A stretch of 64,000 nt of DNA, from contig JAQXRJ010000098.1 of assembly GCA_029218465.1 (NCBI GenBank), positions 255 through 64,254 on the forward strand, read 5' to 3'. Within the stretch, counting starts at the first letter, position 1. Each line of letters starts with the position of its first letter. A program made the position numbers and the translations under genes. Positions 29,293 through 41,491 of this stretch are shown in pieces. The notes beneath the pieces are model-generated. The model was not told where the DNA came from and searched no databases. It saw only the letters and a program-made list of their open reading frames with translations. Source of the stretch: a bacterium. Lineage in GTDB: Bacteria > Bacillota_I > Bacilli_A > RF39 > UBA660.

Positions 29293-32111
29293 ATAAAAAT
29301 AAAAATATAAATATAAATAAGAAGACAAACAATGTAAAAATAAAATCTCATAAAAAAAACAATGCTATTTTTAGTAACAAAATGTTTTTACTAATCATAA
29401 TTATACTAATATTGGTTATTATAGGATGTGTATCAATTGGGCCATTGTTTACTATATTTATTATTATAGGTATTATTTGTATCTTATTCATTTCATATTT
29501 AGTTAACAAGATAACCAAACATGGAAAAAGAAAGAAATTGTTCAACTTTTTAATAATAATATTCCTAATTACATGCATAATAGGCATATCCGCATTAATA
29601 TTATTTTTCCTATACATAGTTAACACAGCCCCAGAATTTGACAACAAAAAACTTATTAATTCTGAAACAACTCTAATGTATGATTCAAAAGGTACTTTGA
29701 TAGCTGAATTAGGAGCAACAAAAAGGGAAAACATAACATATGATGAAATGAGTGAAGTATTAGTTGATGCAATCATTGCAACAGAAGACTCAAGATTCTT
29801 TCAACATAATGGTGTTGATGCAGCGAGATTTTTAAAAGCTTCCGTAGGACAATTAATAGGTAAAAGTAATGCAGGGGGAGCATCAACTCTTTCAATGCAA
29901 GTTATTAAAAATAGTTTTACTTCATCTGAAGCAAATGGTATAAAAGGTATTATTCGTAAATTTACAGATATATATTTAGCTGTTTTCAAGCTTGAAAAGC
30001 AATATTCTAAAGAGGAAATTATAGAATTCTATGCAAATAATCACTTTTTAGGAAGCAATTCATATGGTGTTGAGCAAGCATCGAAAACATACTTTGGAAA
30101 AAATGCAAAAGATTTAAATCTTGCAGAAGCATCATTAATAGTTGGCATGTTTAAAGCGCCAACAAGTTATAACCCATTCATAAACCCTGATGCAGCTACT
30201 GCAAGACGTAAAACTGTTTTAAATTTGATGTATAATCACGGATATATAACAAAAGAAGAAATGGACATTGCTAATAGTATTCCTGTTGAAAGTTTATTAG
30301 TTACAGAATCTGGAGATTCATCTATATACCAGGGATACATAGATACTGTTGTAGAAGAAATTCAAAATAAATATAACGTAAATCCTTACAATACTCCTAT
30401 GTTAATATACACAAACATGGATAGTAAAAGGCAAGAAGCACTAAACGATGTATTTAATAATTCATTTAAATGGATTAACAGTTTTGTTCAAGCTGGTGTT
30501 GCAGCAGTAGATGTAAAAACTGGAAAAATTGTAGCGATTGGTAATGGACGCAACAGGAATGGAGTAAGTACATATAACTTTGCAACTCAGATAAATAGAC
30601 AAATCGGTTCAACAGCTAAACCAATAATCGATTACGCGCCAGGTATGGAATATTTAAACTGGTCTACATATACAATATTTTCAGATTCAAAATATTATTA
30701 TTCTAGTGGACAAGAAATGCATAACTCCGATAATACATATATGGGAAATATTAGTATAAGAACTGCGCTTGCTCAATCAAGAAATATTCCAGCTTTAAAA
30801 GCATTCCAAATGGTATCAAAAGAAATAGGAAAAGACAAATATAAAAAATTTGTTGAAAGTTTTGGCATTAAAACTGAAGAATATTTCCATGAAGCCCACT
30901 CAATAGGAGCATTCAATGGATCTAATCCACTTGCTATGGCAGCAGCATATGCTGTGTTTGCTAATGGAGGGTATTATTATGAACCATACTCTGTTAATAA
31001 AATTGTTTATAGAGATACTGATGAAGTAATAGAATACAAATCCGAAGGAAAACGTGTAATTAGTGATTCCACAGCATTTATGATTACCGATTGTTTAAGA
31101 ACAGCTGTTACAAATGGTTTAAGTAGTGGGGCAAAAATGAATGGATATACAATTTCTGCAAAAACAGGTACAACAAATTATGACAGTGCATATAAAAAGC
31201 AAAAAGGATTGCCTAGTAATGCAATACCTGACTCATGGATAATTGGATATGATTCAGAGATTTCAGTTAGTCTATGGTATGGGTGTGAAAATGCAGACAA
31301 AGACCATTATATTACACTTGCAAATGGTGGTCCACAAAGAAATAGATTATATCAAGCCATTATTCCAAAATTATTTAACAAAGGAAATGAATTTGAGGTA
31401 CCGGATAGTGTTGTCAAAGTAGCTATAGAAAAAGGAACAAATCCAGCTAAACTTGCAAGCGATTCTACTCCATCAAACAAAATTACATATGAGTACTTTA
31501 AAAAAGGAACTGAACCAACTGAAACATCTATTAAATATTCTAAATTAAATAATGTATCTAATCTTAAAGGAAATTACAATGCAAGTGATATGTCTATGAC
31601 ATTATCTTGGTCAGCAACATCTTCTAAACCATCAAATAAAGAAGAATATGGAGAATTAGGATACAAAATATATAAGAATGATAATTATATAGCATTTACG
31701 ACCGATACTAGTTATACAATATTAAATGTAACAAATCCTGAAGGAACATATAAAGTCGTTACTTCATATAAAAATTATGACGATAATGCAAGTTCTGGTA
31801 CAACATACACATATACAGTTAAACCAGTTGCTAAAGTGTATGATTCATCACTTAAATATTCATCTTCAACTTATAATATTAATGATAGTCTTTCTTCATA
31901 TGATCAATTGCCTAGTAAAAATGATGTAATTGTTACATTAAATGGGGAAAATGTTACTTCTTTTGCTTCAATTGACATAACAATTAAGGATAATAGTGGT
32001 AATATTGTAAGTAATATAGATAATAGTAAACAAAATATTTATACAATTATATATATTGTAAATTATGAAACCTATACCAAAACATTAAGTAGAACCGTAA
32101 CAATACAATAG
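29289..32111 (+). CDS. ponA: bifunctional class A penicillin-binding protein (glycosyltransferase/transpeptidase)
   Basis: GT51 motifs EDSRFFQHNGVD and RKxxD, and the transpeptidase motifs STAKP and KTGTT. It forms the usual recU-ponA pair. Confidence 0.92.
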   Translation: MNKNKNININKKTNNVKIKSHKKNNAIFSNKMFLLIIIILILVIIGCVSIGPLFTIFIIIGIICILFISYLVNKITKHGKRKKLFNFLIIIFLITCIIGISALILFFLYIVNTAPEFDNKKLINSETTLMYDSKGTLIAELGATKRENITYDEMSEVLVDAIIATEDSRFFQHNGVDAARFLKASVGQLIGKSNAGGASTLSMQVIKNSFTSSEANGIKGIIRKFTDIYLAVFKLEKQYSKEEIIEFYANNHFLGSNSYGVEQASKTYFGKNAKDLNLAEASLIVGMFKAPTSYNPFINPDAATARRKTVLNLMYNHGYITKEEMDIANSIPVESLLVTESGDSSIYQGYIDTVVEEIQNKYNVNPYNTPMLIYTNMDSKRQEALNDVFNNSFKWINSFVQAGVAAVDVKTGKIVAIGNGRNRNGVSTYNFATQINRQIGSTAKPIIDYAPGMEYLNWSTYTIFSDSKYYYSSGQEMHNSDNTYMGNISIRTALAQSRNIPALKAFQMVSKEIGKDKYKKFVESFGIKTEEYFHEAHSIGAFNGSNPLAMAAAYAVFANGGYYYEPYSVNKIVYRDTDEVIEYKSEGKRVISDSTAFMITDCLRTAVTNGLSSGAKMNGYTISAKTGTTNYDSAYKKQKGLPSNAIPDSWIIGYDSEISVSLWYGCENADKDHYITLANGGPQRNRLYQAIIPKLFNKGNEFEVPDSVVKVAIEKGTNPAKLASDSTPSNKITYEYFKKGTEPTETSIKYSKLNNVSNLKGNYNASDMSMTLSWSATSSKPSNKEEYGELGYKIYKNDNYIAFTTDTSYTILNVTNPEGTYKVVTSYKNYDDNASSGTTYTYTVKPVAKVYDSSLKYSSSTYNINDSLSSYDQLPSKNDVIVTLNGENVTSFASIDITIKDNSGNIVSNIDNSKQNIYTIIYIVNYETYTKTLSRTVTIQ

Positions 32112-32135
32112 GACTCCTTTTTGAAGTCCTTTTTA
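32110..32135 (+). terminator. terminator after ponA
   Basis: Stem AGGACT/AGTCCT followed by TTTT. Confidence 0.55.
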
Positions 32136-32879
32136 ATTTATTAAATGAACAATAAACATAAGCAATACACCAATTAAAACATATAATGCAGAACTCATTT
32201 TTGATATGTATCGAGTCGAACTAGGTAACAATTCATAAAATGACAGATTTATCATTATACCTGCTATTATCGGATACAATAAATATAAAAACATATCTAC
32301 CTTAATATTAAGTAAAAAAATTGATGCTATTATTGCGCCAAAAAATTCAGATATACCCGATATAAATGTATATCCTATAGCCTTTAATTTATTATTTGTA
32401 CTAAAATATAATGGCACAGATATGCTTATTCCCTCAGGAATATTGTGTAAAGCAATAGCAATTGATAAAGATATACCCAATTTCATATTTGAACTAGCTG
32501 TTAAAAATGTTGCAATACCTTCAGGTATATTGTGAAGAACAATAGCTATCATAGAAATTATTCCAGTTTTATATAATCTACAATCTAATTTATTTGTATC
32601 AGATGGAATATATTTATTTAGTGACATAGACAGTATTATACCTACTATAACAAAAATAGAAGATAATAGTATAGAAAGAAATAAATGATAATACTTGTTT
32701 AATCCTATTATTGAATTTGGAATTAAATCAATTATGCTAACCATTATCATTACACCAGATGCAAAAGCTAATGACTTTCCTATTAATTCTTCACTATTTT
32801 TATTTTTTATGAATAAAACTATTGAACCAAGCATAGTTGATAAACCTGCAAAAAGACTTGCTAAATATGCATATTTCAT
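32133..32879 (-). CDS. zupT: ZIP family metal transporter
   Basis: Duplicated HNIPEG motifs in a polytopic protein. Confidence 0.85.
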   Translation of the reverse strand: MKYAYLASLFAGLSTMLGSIVLFIKNKNSEELIGKSLAFASGVMIMVSIIDLIPNSIIGLNKYYHLFLSILLSSIFVIVGIILSMSLNKYIPSDTNKLDCRLYKTGIISMIAIVLHNIPEGIATFLTASSNMKLGISLSIAIALHNIPEGISISVPLYFSTNNKLKAIGYTFISGISEFFGAIIASIFLLNIKVDMFLYLLYPIIAGIMINLSFYELLPSSTRYISKMSSALYVLIGVLLMFIVHLIN

Positions 32880-33011
32880 ATACTCACCCAGATAATTATA
32901 TGAAAAAAATGAAAAAAATAATTATATTTATGGCTTATCAAATTTAAAGAAATATATAAAAAAGATTTAAATAATAAATTAATTTTTATATATAAGTTAA
33001 TATAGATTTAA

Positions 33012-33623
33012 TTATTTAAAATTTTTACAGATTTTTTTTAATTTACATATTTCACACTTAGGTTTTAAAGCTTTACAATAATATCTTCCAAATAAAACAA
33101 GTTGATGATGCGTTTTTACTTGAATATTTTCTGGAATTATTTTTTTCATTTTTCTTTCTATATTTATAACATTATCTATTTCATCTACAAATCCAAGCCT
33201 TTTTGCTACTCTCGTAACATGTGTATCAACTGCAAATGTTGGAATATTGTAAAGAACTCCAAGTACCACATTTGCACTCTTGTGACCAACTCCTGGCATA
33301 GATTCTAAATCATTATGGTTGTTTGGAACTTTTCCATCATATTTATTAATTAATATTTTTGAAATTTCTTTAATATATACAGATTTTTTATTATATGATC
33401 CTATTGATTTAATTATTTTTTTTATATCTTCTATATTAGCTTGACTTAATGATTCCAAATTTTTGTATTTATCAAATAATTTTTTTGTTACTTGATTAAC
33501 CATTTTATCAGTTGTTTGCGCACTAAGCATAACAGCAATTAATAATTCATAATCTTTGCAATAATTAAGTTCACATTTGGGGTTAGGAAACAATTCATTT
33601 AAGTAATTAAGCACTTCATTCAT
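33012..33623 (-). CDS. nth: endonuclease III
   Basis: HhH-GPD motif (LESMPGVGHKSANVV), catalytic D in VDTHV, and C-terminal Fe-S cysteines Cx6CxxCx5C. Confidence 0.92.
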   Translation of the reverse strand: MNEVLNYLNELFPNPKCELNYCKDYELLIAVMLSAQTTDKMVNQVTKKLFDKYKNLESLSQANIEDIKKIIKSIGSYNKKSVYIKEISKILINKYDGKVPNNHNDLESMPGVGHKSANVVLGVLYNIPTFAVDTHVTRVAKRLGFVDEIDNVINIERKMKKIIPENIQVKTHHQLVLFGRYYCKALKPKCEICKLKKICKNFK

Positions 33624-33625
33624 TA

Positions 33626-34285
33626 TTAATCATCCTCAAGCCAATCATATTCAAAAACTTCCATTTTTTCTTTTTTAACTTCATTATGACGCTTTCTATT
33701 TTTTTCAATATCATCTTTATTTTTAAATCCTTTTTTTTGCCATTCATATAATATTTTATCTATATATCTCAGATTAGTTACACCATTAATTACAGCTTCT
33801 TTAACAGCTTCTTTTATAAGCTCATCATTTATGTTACCTTCATGCCAAGCCTTAACTATTTCAAGTTCAATTGGCGTTAAAACTCTTCCAAATTCTTTTT
33901 CGATTATTTCAAATAAATTTGAGTCTAATGATTCAACTCCCATTTCATTTGTTTCCTCAATTAATAATAATGATATTTTATCATAAAAATATTTTAAGCT
34001 TAAATATTCTTCACTAACGTTTTTATCATTTTTTATTATTTCAAAACTTATTAGCTTTTTGTTACTTAACATATCAATATTTGTTAAAATATCTTTTATT
34101 GGAATTCCAAAATCCTTAGATAATTGCTGTGGATTAAAAATAAATTTTTCACCAATATTATATAAATACATTAAAAATATAAATAAATCCAAATCTATTT
34201 CTAGTTTAGGAACCAATTTATATATATATAATGGTATAATTATATTTTTTGATTTTAATAATTTAAGTAAGTTCTTCTGTTTCAT
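33626..34285 (-). CDS. dnaD: DnaD-domain replication initiation/membrane attachment protein
   Basis: DnaD C-terminal domain (IEKEFGRVLTPIELEIVKAW...YIDKILYEWQKKG). It is adjacent to nth, as in Bacillus. Confidence 0.8.
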   Translation of the reverse strand: MKQKNLLKLLKSKNIIIPLYIYKLVPKLEIDLDLFIFLMYLYNIGEKFIFNPQQLSKDFGIPIKDILTNIDMLSNKKLISFEIIKNDKNVSEEYLSLKYFYDKISLLLIEETNEMGVESLDSNLFEIIEKEFGRVLTPIELEIVKAWHEGNINDELIKEAVKEAVINGVTNLRYIDKILYEWQKKGFKNKDDIEKNRKRHNEVKKEKMEVFEYDWLEDD

Positions 34286-35384
34286 TTTCTTCCCCTAAGT
34301 ATTTACATTTAATATAATTTACTATGTCACTATTATCATTTTTTATTTTACCTTTTAAAATATTGTTTTCTAAATCTATATAAACATCATTTATATATTT
34401 TCCTGGTTTTTTATTAAAAAGATGCATTATTTCATCTCCACTTATTAATATATCAGATCTGGATTTAATAGGTAAAGTATTATATTTATTAATTATTTTG
34501 GCATTATCTATTCCTTTATTTGTTCCCGCCACCTTATTAACATATGGACCATATTTATAAAGTACTTCTGGATCCAAATTATCTAATTCTTTTACCATAT
34601 TAATTTTCTTTATTAAATCTTTTTCTGTTTTTGTAAACGGATATTTATTGCAAACGTTTAATGATGACCAAACTCCAATTAAATCATTAGATAATTTTAT
34701 ATCTTTTAAATTATATATTTCTAATTCATTATCTAAGCCTAATTCAAGTATTAAATCAATTCCTTTTTTTGCATTTTCGTTAGTAAATATTTTATTTAAT
34801 TCATCTTTTTTTCTTTCATATGAAATATTATACAAATATTTTTTTGTTTTTAATATTGCATTTTTTGTTTCTTCTTCTATGTCAAAGTCTAAGACAGTAT
34901 AAAATCGTATTGCTCTCAATATTCTTAATGAATCATCTGTGAAACTTTCAACACTATTTGATACTGTTTTAATTATATGATTTTTAATATCATTTATGCC
35001 GTCTAGAGGATCAATAATAACACCATCTTTATTCATACATAAGGTATTTATGGTAAAATCACGTCTCTTTAAATCATCAATTAAACTATTAATATATTCA
35101 ATCTCTATTGGTTTTCTATTGTTAAGATATGTTAATTCTTTTCTAAATGTAGTAATTTCAAATCTAATTTTATTATATATAACAGTTATTGAACCATATG
35201 CTTCATTAGGAAGAAAAGAATCTGGAAATATTTCTTTTATTTGCTTCGGTGTTGCATTTGTTGCTATATCTACATCATTAGAACTTCTTTTTAATAAATA
35301 ATCCCTAACATAGCCTCCTACTATATATGCACTATATCCTTCCTGTTCTATTTTTTTTAATATATTAAGTGATGATTCAAACAT
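34263..35384 (-). CDS. cca: CCA-adding tRNA nucleotidyltransferase
   Basis: YIVGGYVRDYLL...DVDIAT and RDFTIN motifs. Confidence 0.88.
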   Translation of the reverse strand: MFESSLNILKKIEQEGYSAYIVGGYVRDYLLKRSSNDVDIATNATPKQIKEIFPDSFLPNEAYGSITVIYNKIRFEITTFRKELTYLNNRKPIEIEYINSLIDDLKRRDFTINTLCMNKDGVIIDPLDGINDIKNHIIKTVSNSVESFTDDSLRILRAIRFYTVLDFDIEEETKNAILKTKKYLYNISYERKKDELNKIFTNENAKKGIDLILELGLDNELEIYNLKDIKLSNDLIGVWSSLNVCNKYPFTKTEKDLIKKINMVKELDNLDPEVLYKYGPYVNKVAGTNKGIDNAKIINKYNTLPIKSRSDILISGDEIMHLFNKKPGKYINDVYIDLENNILKGKIKNDNSDIVNYIKCKYLGEENETEELT

Positions 35385-35420
35385 AAAACTTCCTCCAAAT
35401 TAATTATATCACTTTTTTAC

Positions 35421-35451
35421 TCAAAATAAAACAGAACCTAAGTTCCGTTTT
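35421..35451 (-). terminator. terminator after hup
   Basis: Minus strand reads AAAACGGAAC-TTAG-GTTCTGTTTT followed by ATTTTG. Confidence 0.7.
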
Positions 35452-35463
35452 ATATTTTAGTAA

Positions 35464-35739
35464 TTAATTATTAACAGCATTTTTTAAATCTGTTGCAGGT
35501 TTAAATGTTGCTGCTGTTCTAGCTGCTATGTGCACTGCTTCACCAGTTTGAGGATTACGTCCTTCTCTAGCAGCTCTTTTTGAAGTAGCAAATGTTCCAA
35601 ATCCAGAAATTGCAACTTTATCTCCCTTTGCTAAAGCTTCTTTAATTGTAGCAAATGTAGCATCAATAGCACGAGTTGCATCAGCTTTTGTTAAACCAAC
35701 AGCAGTTGCTACTGCTTCTACTAATTCAGTTTTTTTCAT
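35464..35739 (-). CDS. hup: DNA-binding protein HU
   Basis: 91 aa; MKKTELV...GFGTF...R.GRNPQTGE is the classic HU pattern. Confidence 0.95.
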   Translation of the reverse strand: MKKTELVEAVATAVGLTKADATRAIDATFATIKEALAKGDKVAISGFGTFATSKRAAREGRNPQTGEAVHIAARTAATFKPATDLKNAVNN

Positions 35740-35920
35740 TTGTATATACCTCCCGTATTAATATTAAGCACCTTTATGCTTACATATAAAGAATATCATG
35801 AAATATACACAAAATCAAGATTTAACATGTAAAATTAACCTTTTTTATACTATTCTAAAACAATTAAGTTAGAATTTAAATATTCATTTCATCTTATACT
35901 ATCAATAGATAAATATAATC

Positions 35921-35956
35921 AAAAGAATCCACTAATGATTCTTAGTGGATTTTTTA
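35921..35956 (-). terminator. terminator after ligA (hairpin works in both orientations)
   Basis: 10-bp stem AATCCACTAA/TTAGTGGATT (35926-35935 / 35942-35951). T-rich on both sides. Confidence 0.65.
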
Positions 35957-36056
35957 CTTTGGTGTAATAATTTTAGATAATATTGTTTACCTAGCAAATA
36001 TTCTTTTGAAAGATTATTCATTTATTATCACCATTAGTATTATTTGCAAAAAATAA

Positions 36057-38045
<1,989 letters not shown>

Positions 38046-38140
38046 CTATATTTATGTTTCAATATAACATTTTTAAAATCAAATATTATCAAAAGTCATA
38101 AAAAACTATATCAAATATTGTCAAGCTTAATAATATTATA

Positions 38141-38168
38141 ACAAAAAAAAAGAAGGATTTCACTTCTT
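38141..38168 (-). terminator. strong intrinsic terminator between pcrA and ligA
   Basis: Minus strand reads AAGAAG-TGAAATC-CTTCTT followed by TTTTTTTTG. Confidence 0.65.
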
Positions 38169-38430
38169 ATTTAACTAATTATTTTTTATTAACTATCCAT
38201 AATAATATAATATTACTAAAGTACAATTTTGCTTAAATATTGAAAAGAGTATACTAATAATTTAATATAATAATAATTTTTAATAAATAAAAACAAAAGA
38301 TTTAGGAACAGATTAAATTAAATTGTTTTTTTAAACAATTTTCTTCTTTATGACATTAATAATTTGCTTAAGTATTATAAATACTTTAATCTACTTTGTT
38401 ATAAAAATCATATCCTCTAATAATATACCA

Positions 38431-40521
38431 TTAACATACTTTTGATATACTCTTGTGATTTTTCATAAATTTTCTTATACCATATGGATGTTTAAATGCA
38501 ATAGACACTAATGTTTTAGTTACCTCAATAACTTTTCCTTGACCAAATACATCATGATATACATAATCACCAATATTATAATCAACATCTTCGGTATAAA
38601 AATTATCTTCTTTTTTTACTGTAATTTTTTGTTCATCTTTAAATTTTTTATCCAATAGATTCTCATCTATCTCATTTAAAAACCTGCTTGTTGGATTAGC
38701 TTGTTCTCTACCAAACAAAGTCCTCATTCTTGCATTTACTAAAAATAATTTTTCTTTTGCTCTAGTAATTGCAACATACATTAATCTTCTTTCTTCCTCA
38801 ATTTCACTATTATCAAGTAAAGAATTTATATGAGGAAATATTCCTTCTTCTAATCCAATAACAAAAACATAATTAAATTCGAGCCCTTTGACAGAGTGCA
38901 CTGTCATTAAGCTTATTCTGTTCTTGTCATCTTTATATTCATTAACATCACTTACCAAACTAATTTCAAGCAAAAAATCTTCTAATGAAATTAAACCATA
39001 CTTTTCTTCAAATGCCTTCGTAATAGACTTAAATTCTTCTAAGTTTTCTATACGTATTTCAGATTCAAGAGACTTTTCACTTTTGAGCTCATTAATCATT
39101 CCACTTACTTCAAGAACTTTGTCAACAAGTTCGGTTAAAGTAATATTTTTAGACACTTCTTTTAAAGATTCAATAATTTTTTTAAACTCTAATTCTTTAC
39201 CTGACGAAATAACTTCATATAAACTTTTGTTTTCTATATTAGATAAATTAATCAAATTACTTACAGTTTTATTACCAATACCTCTCTTTGGAGAATTAAT
39301 TACTCTGAGCAAGCTAACATCATCTTTCTCATTGTAAATCAGTCTTAAATATGCAATTAAATCTTTAATTTCTTTTCTGCTATAGAAATAAAAGCTTCCA
39401 ACAACTCTATATGATAAATTTTCTTTTAACAATTCTTCTTCAATAATACGAGATTGCGCATTAGTTCTATAAAGAACTGCAATATCTTGAGGATTGATGC
39501 CCCTTGATAACAAATTTTTAATTTCCCTAATAACATAAAAAGCTTCATCTCTTTCATTAAAAGCTCTAAAATATGTAATTTTATCGCCTTCGCCTTTTAG
39601 AGACCATAAATTTTTAGGTTTTCTCTCTTTGTTATTTTTAATAACTGAGTTAGCAGCTTTTAAAATATTATTAGTTGACCTATAATTTTGTTCAAGTTTA
39701 ATAAGTAGTGCATCTTTATAATCATTTTCAAAATTCAAAATATTTCTATAGTTTGCACCTCTAAATCCATAAATGGATTGATCTACATCGCCAACAACAC
39801 AAATGTTTCTATATTTACTACTAATAAGTTTAGTTAAAACATATTGCGCTTCATTAGTATCTTGATACTCATCTATCAAAATATACTTATATCTTTCCTG
39901 ATAATAATCTAATATATCAGGGTAAGATCTAAATAATTTTATCGGTAATATAAGCAAATCGTCAAAATCAATTGAATTATTCTGTTTAAGAGTTTTTTGA
40001 TAAATTTCATAAACCTTTAAAACAATTTTTTCAAAATCAGTTACAGCATATTTCTCATAATCAATAGGTTCCATAAGTTCATTTTTACATCCACTTATTT
40101 TATTTCTTATCGCAGATGGATTATATATTTTACTGTCTAAGTTTAACTCTTTTAATATTCGTTTAATTATACTTAAAGAATCTTCACTATCCATAATAAT
40201 AAAATTATTTAAATAACCAAGTGATTTATAATTTTCCCTTAAAATTTTGAGTCCAAATGAATGAAATGTTGATACTTGTGCCTTACGAGATTCTTCACCT
40301 ACCATAGAATATAGTCTCTCACTCATCTCTTTAGAGGCTTTATTAGTAAATGTAATTGCTAAAATATTGTATGGATTTACACCTAAATTCTCAATTAAAT
40401 ATGCAATTTTGGTTGTCAAAACACTTGTTTTTCCACTACCTGCACCTGCTAAAATTAAAAGTGGACCAGAATTAACTAATACCGCTTTTTGTTGTTCTTT
40501 ATTTAATTTACTTAAATTCAT
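38431..40521 (-). CDS. pcrA: ATP-dependent DNA helicase PcrA (UvrD family)
   Basis: LILAGAGSGKT Walker A, DEYQDTN, and VHSVKGLEF. Confidence 0.93.
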   Translation of the reverse strand: MNLSKLNKEQQKAVLVNSGPLLILAGAGSGKTSVLTTKIAYLIENLGVNPYNILAITFTNKASKEMSERLYSMVGEESRKAQVSTFHSFGLKILRENYKSLGYLNNFIIMDSEDSLSIIKRILKELNLDSKIYNPSAIRNKISGCKNELMEPIDYEKYAVTDFEKIVLKVYEIYQKTLKQNNSIDFDDLLILPIKLFRSYPDILDYYQERYKYILIDEYQDTNEAQYVLTKLISSKYRNICVVGDVDQSIYGFRGANYRNILNFENDYKDALLIKLEQNYRSTNNILKAANSVIKNNKERKPKNLWSLKGEGDKITYFRAFNERDEAFYVIREIKNLLSRGINPQDIAVLYRTNAQSRIIEEELLKENLSYRVVGSFYFYSRKEIKDLIAYLRLIYNEKDDVSLLRVINSPKRGIGNKTVSNLINLSNIENKSLYEVISSGKELEFKKIIESLKEVSKNITLTELVDKVLEVSGMINELKSEKSLESEIRIENLEEFKSITKAFEEKYGLISLEDFLLEISLVSDVNEYKDDKNRISLMTVHSVKGLEFNYVFVIGLEEGIFPHINSLLDNSEIEEERRLMYVAITRAKEKLFLVNARMRTLFGREQANPTSRFLNEIDENLLDKKFKDEQKITVKKEDNFYTEDVDYNIGDYVYHDVFGQGKVIEVTKTLVSIAFKHPYGIRKFMKNHKSISKVC

Positions 40522-40525
40522 AATA

Positions 40526-41167
40526 CTACCTCTGCTTTTCTTTATGTAATGGTACTAAACATTTTCTAAATTGGTCTTCTAATAAGCTAGGATACATATA
40601 TCTAAGAACAGTCCCTAACTTTAAGTTATCCATTTCAGGAACTAATCTTTGATCATTAATAATTTTTGTATAATCTAGTTCAACATCAAAAGGATATTTT
40701 ATACATTTTAAAGAAACAACTTCCCTAATAAATTCCCTTATAGCTCTGCCATTACCTTCTCTAAAAGGATGTATTCTTATTAAATCATAATAAAAAGGGC
40801 CAAGAACATACGCAAGCATGTCAACACTAGTAACAAGATTTAGCTCTTTATCATATCTTGTCATAATTTCATCCAATTCTCTGTCTATGTTTTTAGGATC
40901 AGAAAAATTATACCTATTCTTAGATAAAGTACATGTCCTAATCTTTCCTGCAAATGAATAAATATCTCCAAATATAAATTCATGTATACTAAGTAAACTG
41001 GCTTTATCACAAGCTGTAATAGAAGGGATTAAGCCTAATATAGTAAGCTTTTCTAAAACAATTTTATCTTCCTGTTTTTTTAATTCATCTTGATTAACTA
41101 TTCCTAATTTATTTTTCAAAATATTTGTTCCTTCAATTAAATAATCTTCCCAAGTATCAGTCATCAT
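40526..41167 (-). CDS. fic: Fic family protein (canonical AMPylation motif)
   Basis: HPFREGNGRAIREF matches HxFx(D/E)GNGRxxR. N-terminus has GTNILKNKLGI. The stop lies 4 nt from the pcrA start. Confidence 0.85.
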   Translation of the reverse strand: MMTDTWEDYLIEGTNILKNKLGIVNQDELKKQEDKIVLEKLTILGLIPSITACDKASLLSIHEFIFGDIYSFAGKIRTCTLSKNRYNFSDPKNIDRELDEIMTRYDKELNLVTSVDMLAYVLGPFYYDLIRIHPFREGNGRAIREFIREVVSLKCIKYPFDVELDYTKIINDQRLVPEMDNLKLGTVLRYMYPSLLEDQFRKCLVPLHKEKQR

Positions 41168-41330
41168 TTACCTCTTTCTTTAAAATTTTCTGTCTAATAC
41201 ATTCTTTTGTATTATTAAATGACTTATCATTATAGTTAATTGTACAATCGTTTTCTAAACACATATTTGCTAAAGCCATTAATAATGCTTTATGTATCAT
41301 ATTTTCACTAAATTTTTTAACTACTTCCAT
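41157..41330 (-). CDS. 57-aa ORF translationally coupled to fic (candidate Fic antitoxin / inhibitory helix protein)
   Basis: Not in track (<60 aa). Sequence: MEVVKKFSENMIHKALLMALANMCLENDCTINYNDKSFNNTKECIRQKILKKEVNDD. SD GAGGT lies 6 nt upstream. The stop overlaps the fic start by 11 nt. ALANMCLEN resembles the (S/T)xxxE(G/N) inhibitory motif. Confidence 0.5.
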   Translation of the reverse strand: MEVVKKFSENMIHKALLMALANMCLENDCTINYNDKSFNNTKECIRQKILKKEVNDD

Positions 41331-41491
41331 ATTCTTACCTCATACTAATAATAGTTTATCATACTTATATCAAATTTTGTAGGCATTTCATACAATAAAT
41401 TGATAGGAGGAGGATTAATATAATAAATTTAATTATTGCAAGTGGTGGAATTTCAAGTAAAAATTGTCCAAATTTTACACATGAAAGTATA

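Noticed and set aside
35464-35739. The hup gene looks markedly less AT-rich than its neighbours; a possible horizontal acquisition.
   Set aside because: The composition is explained by the Ala/Gly/Thr-rich HU sequence and the codon bias of a highly expressed gene. The flanks are ordinary, with a native-looking terminator.
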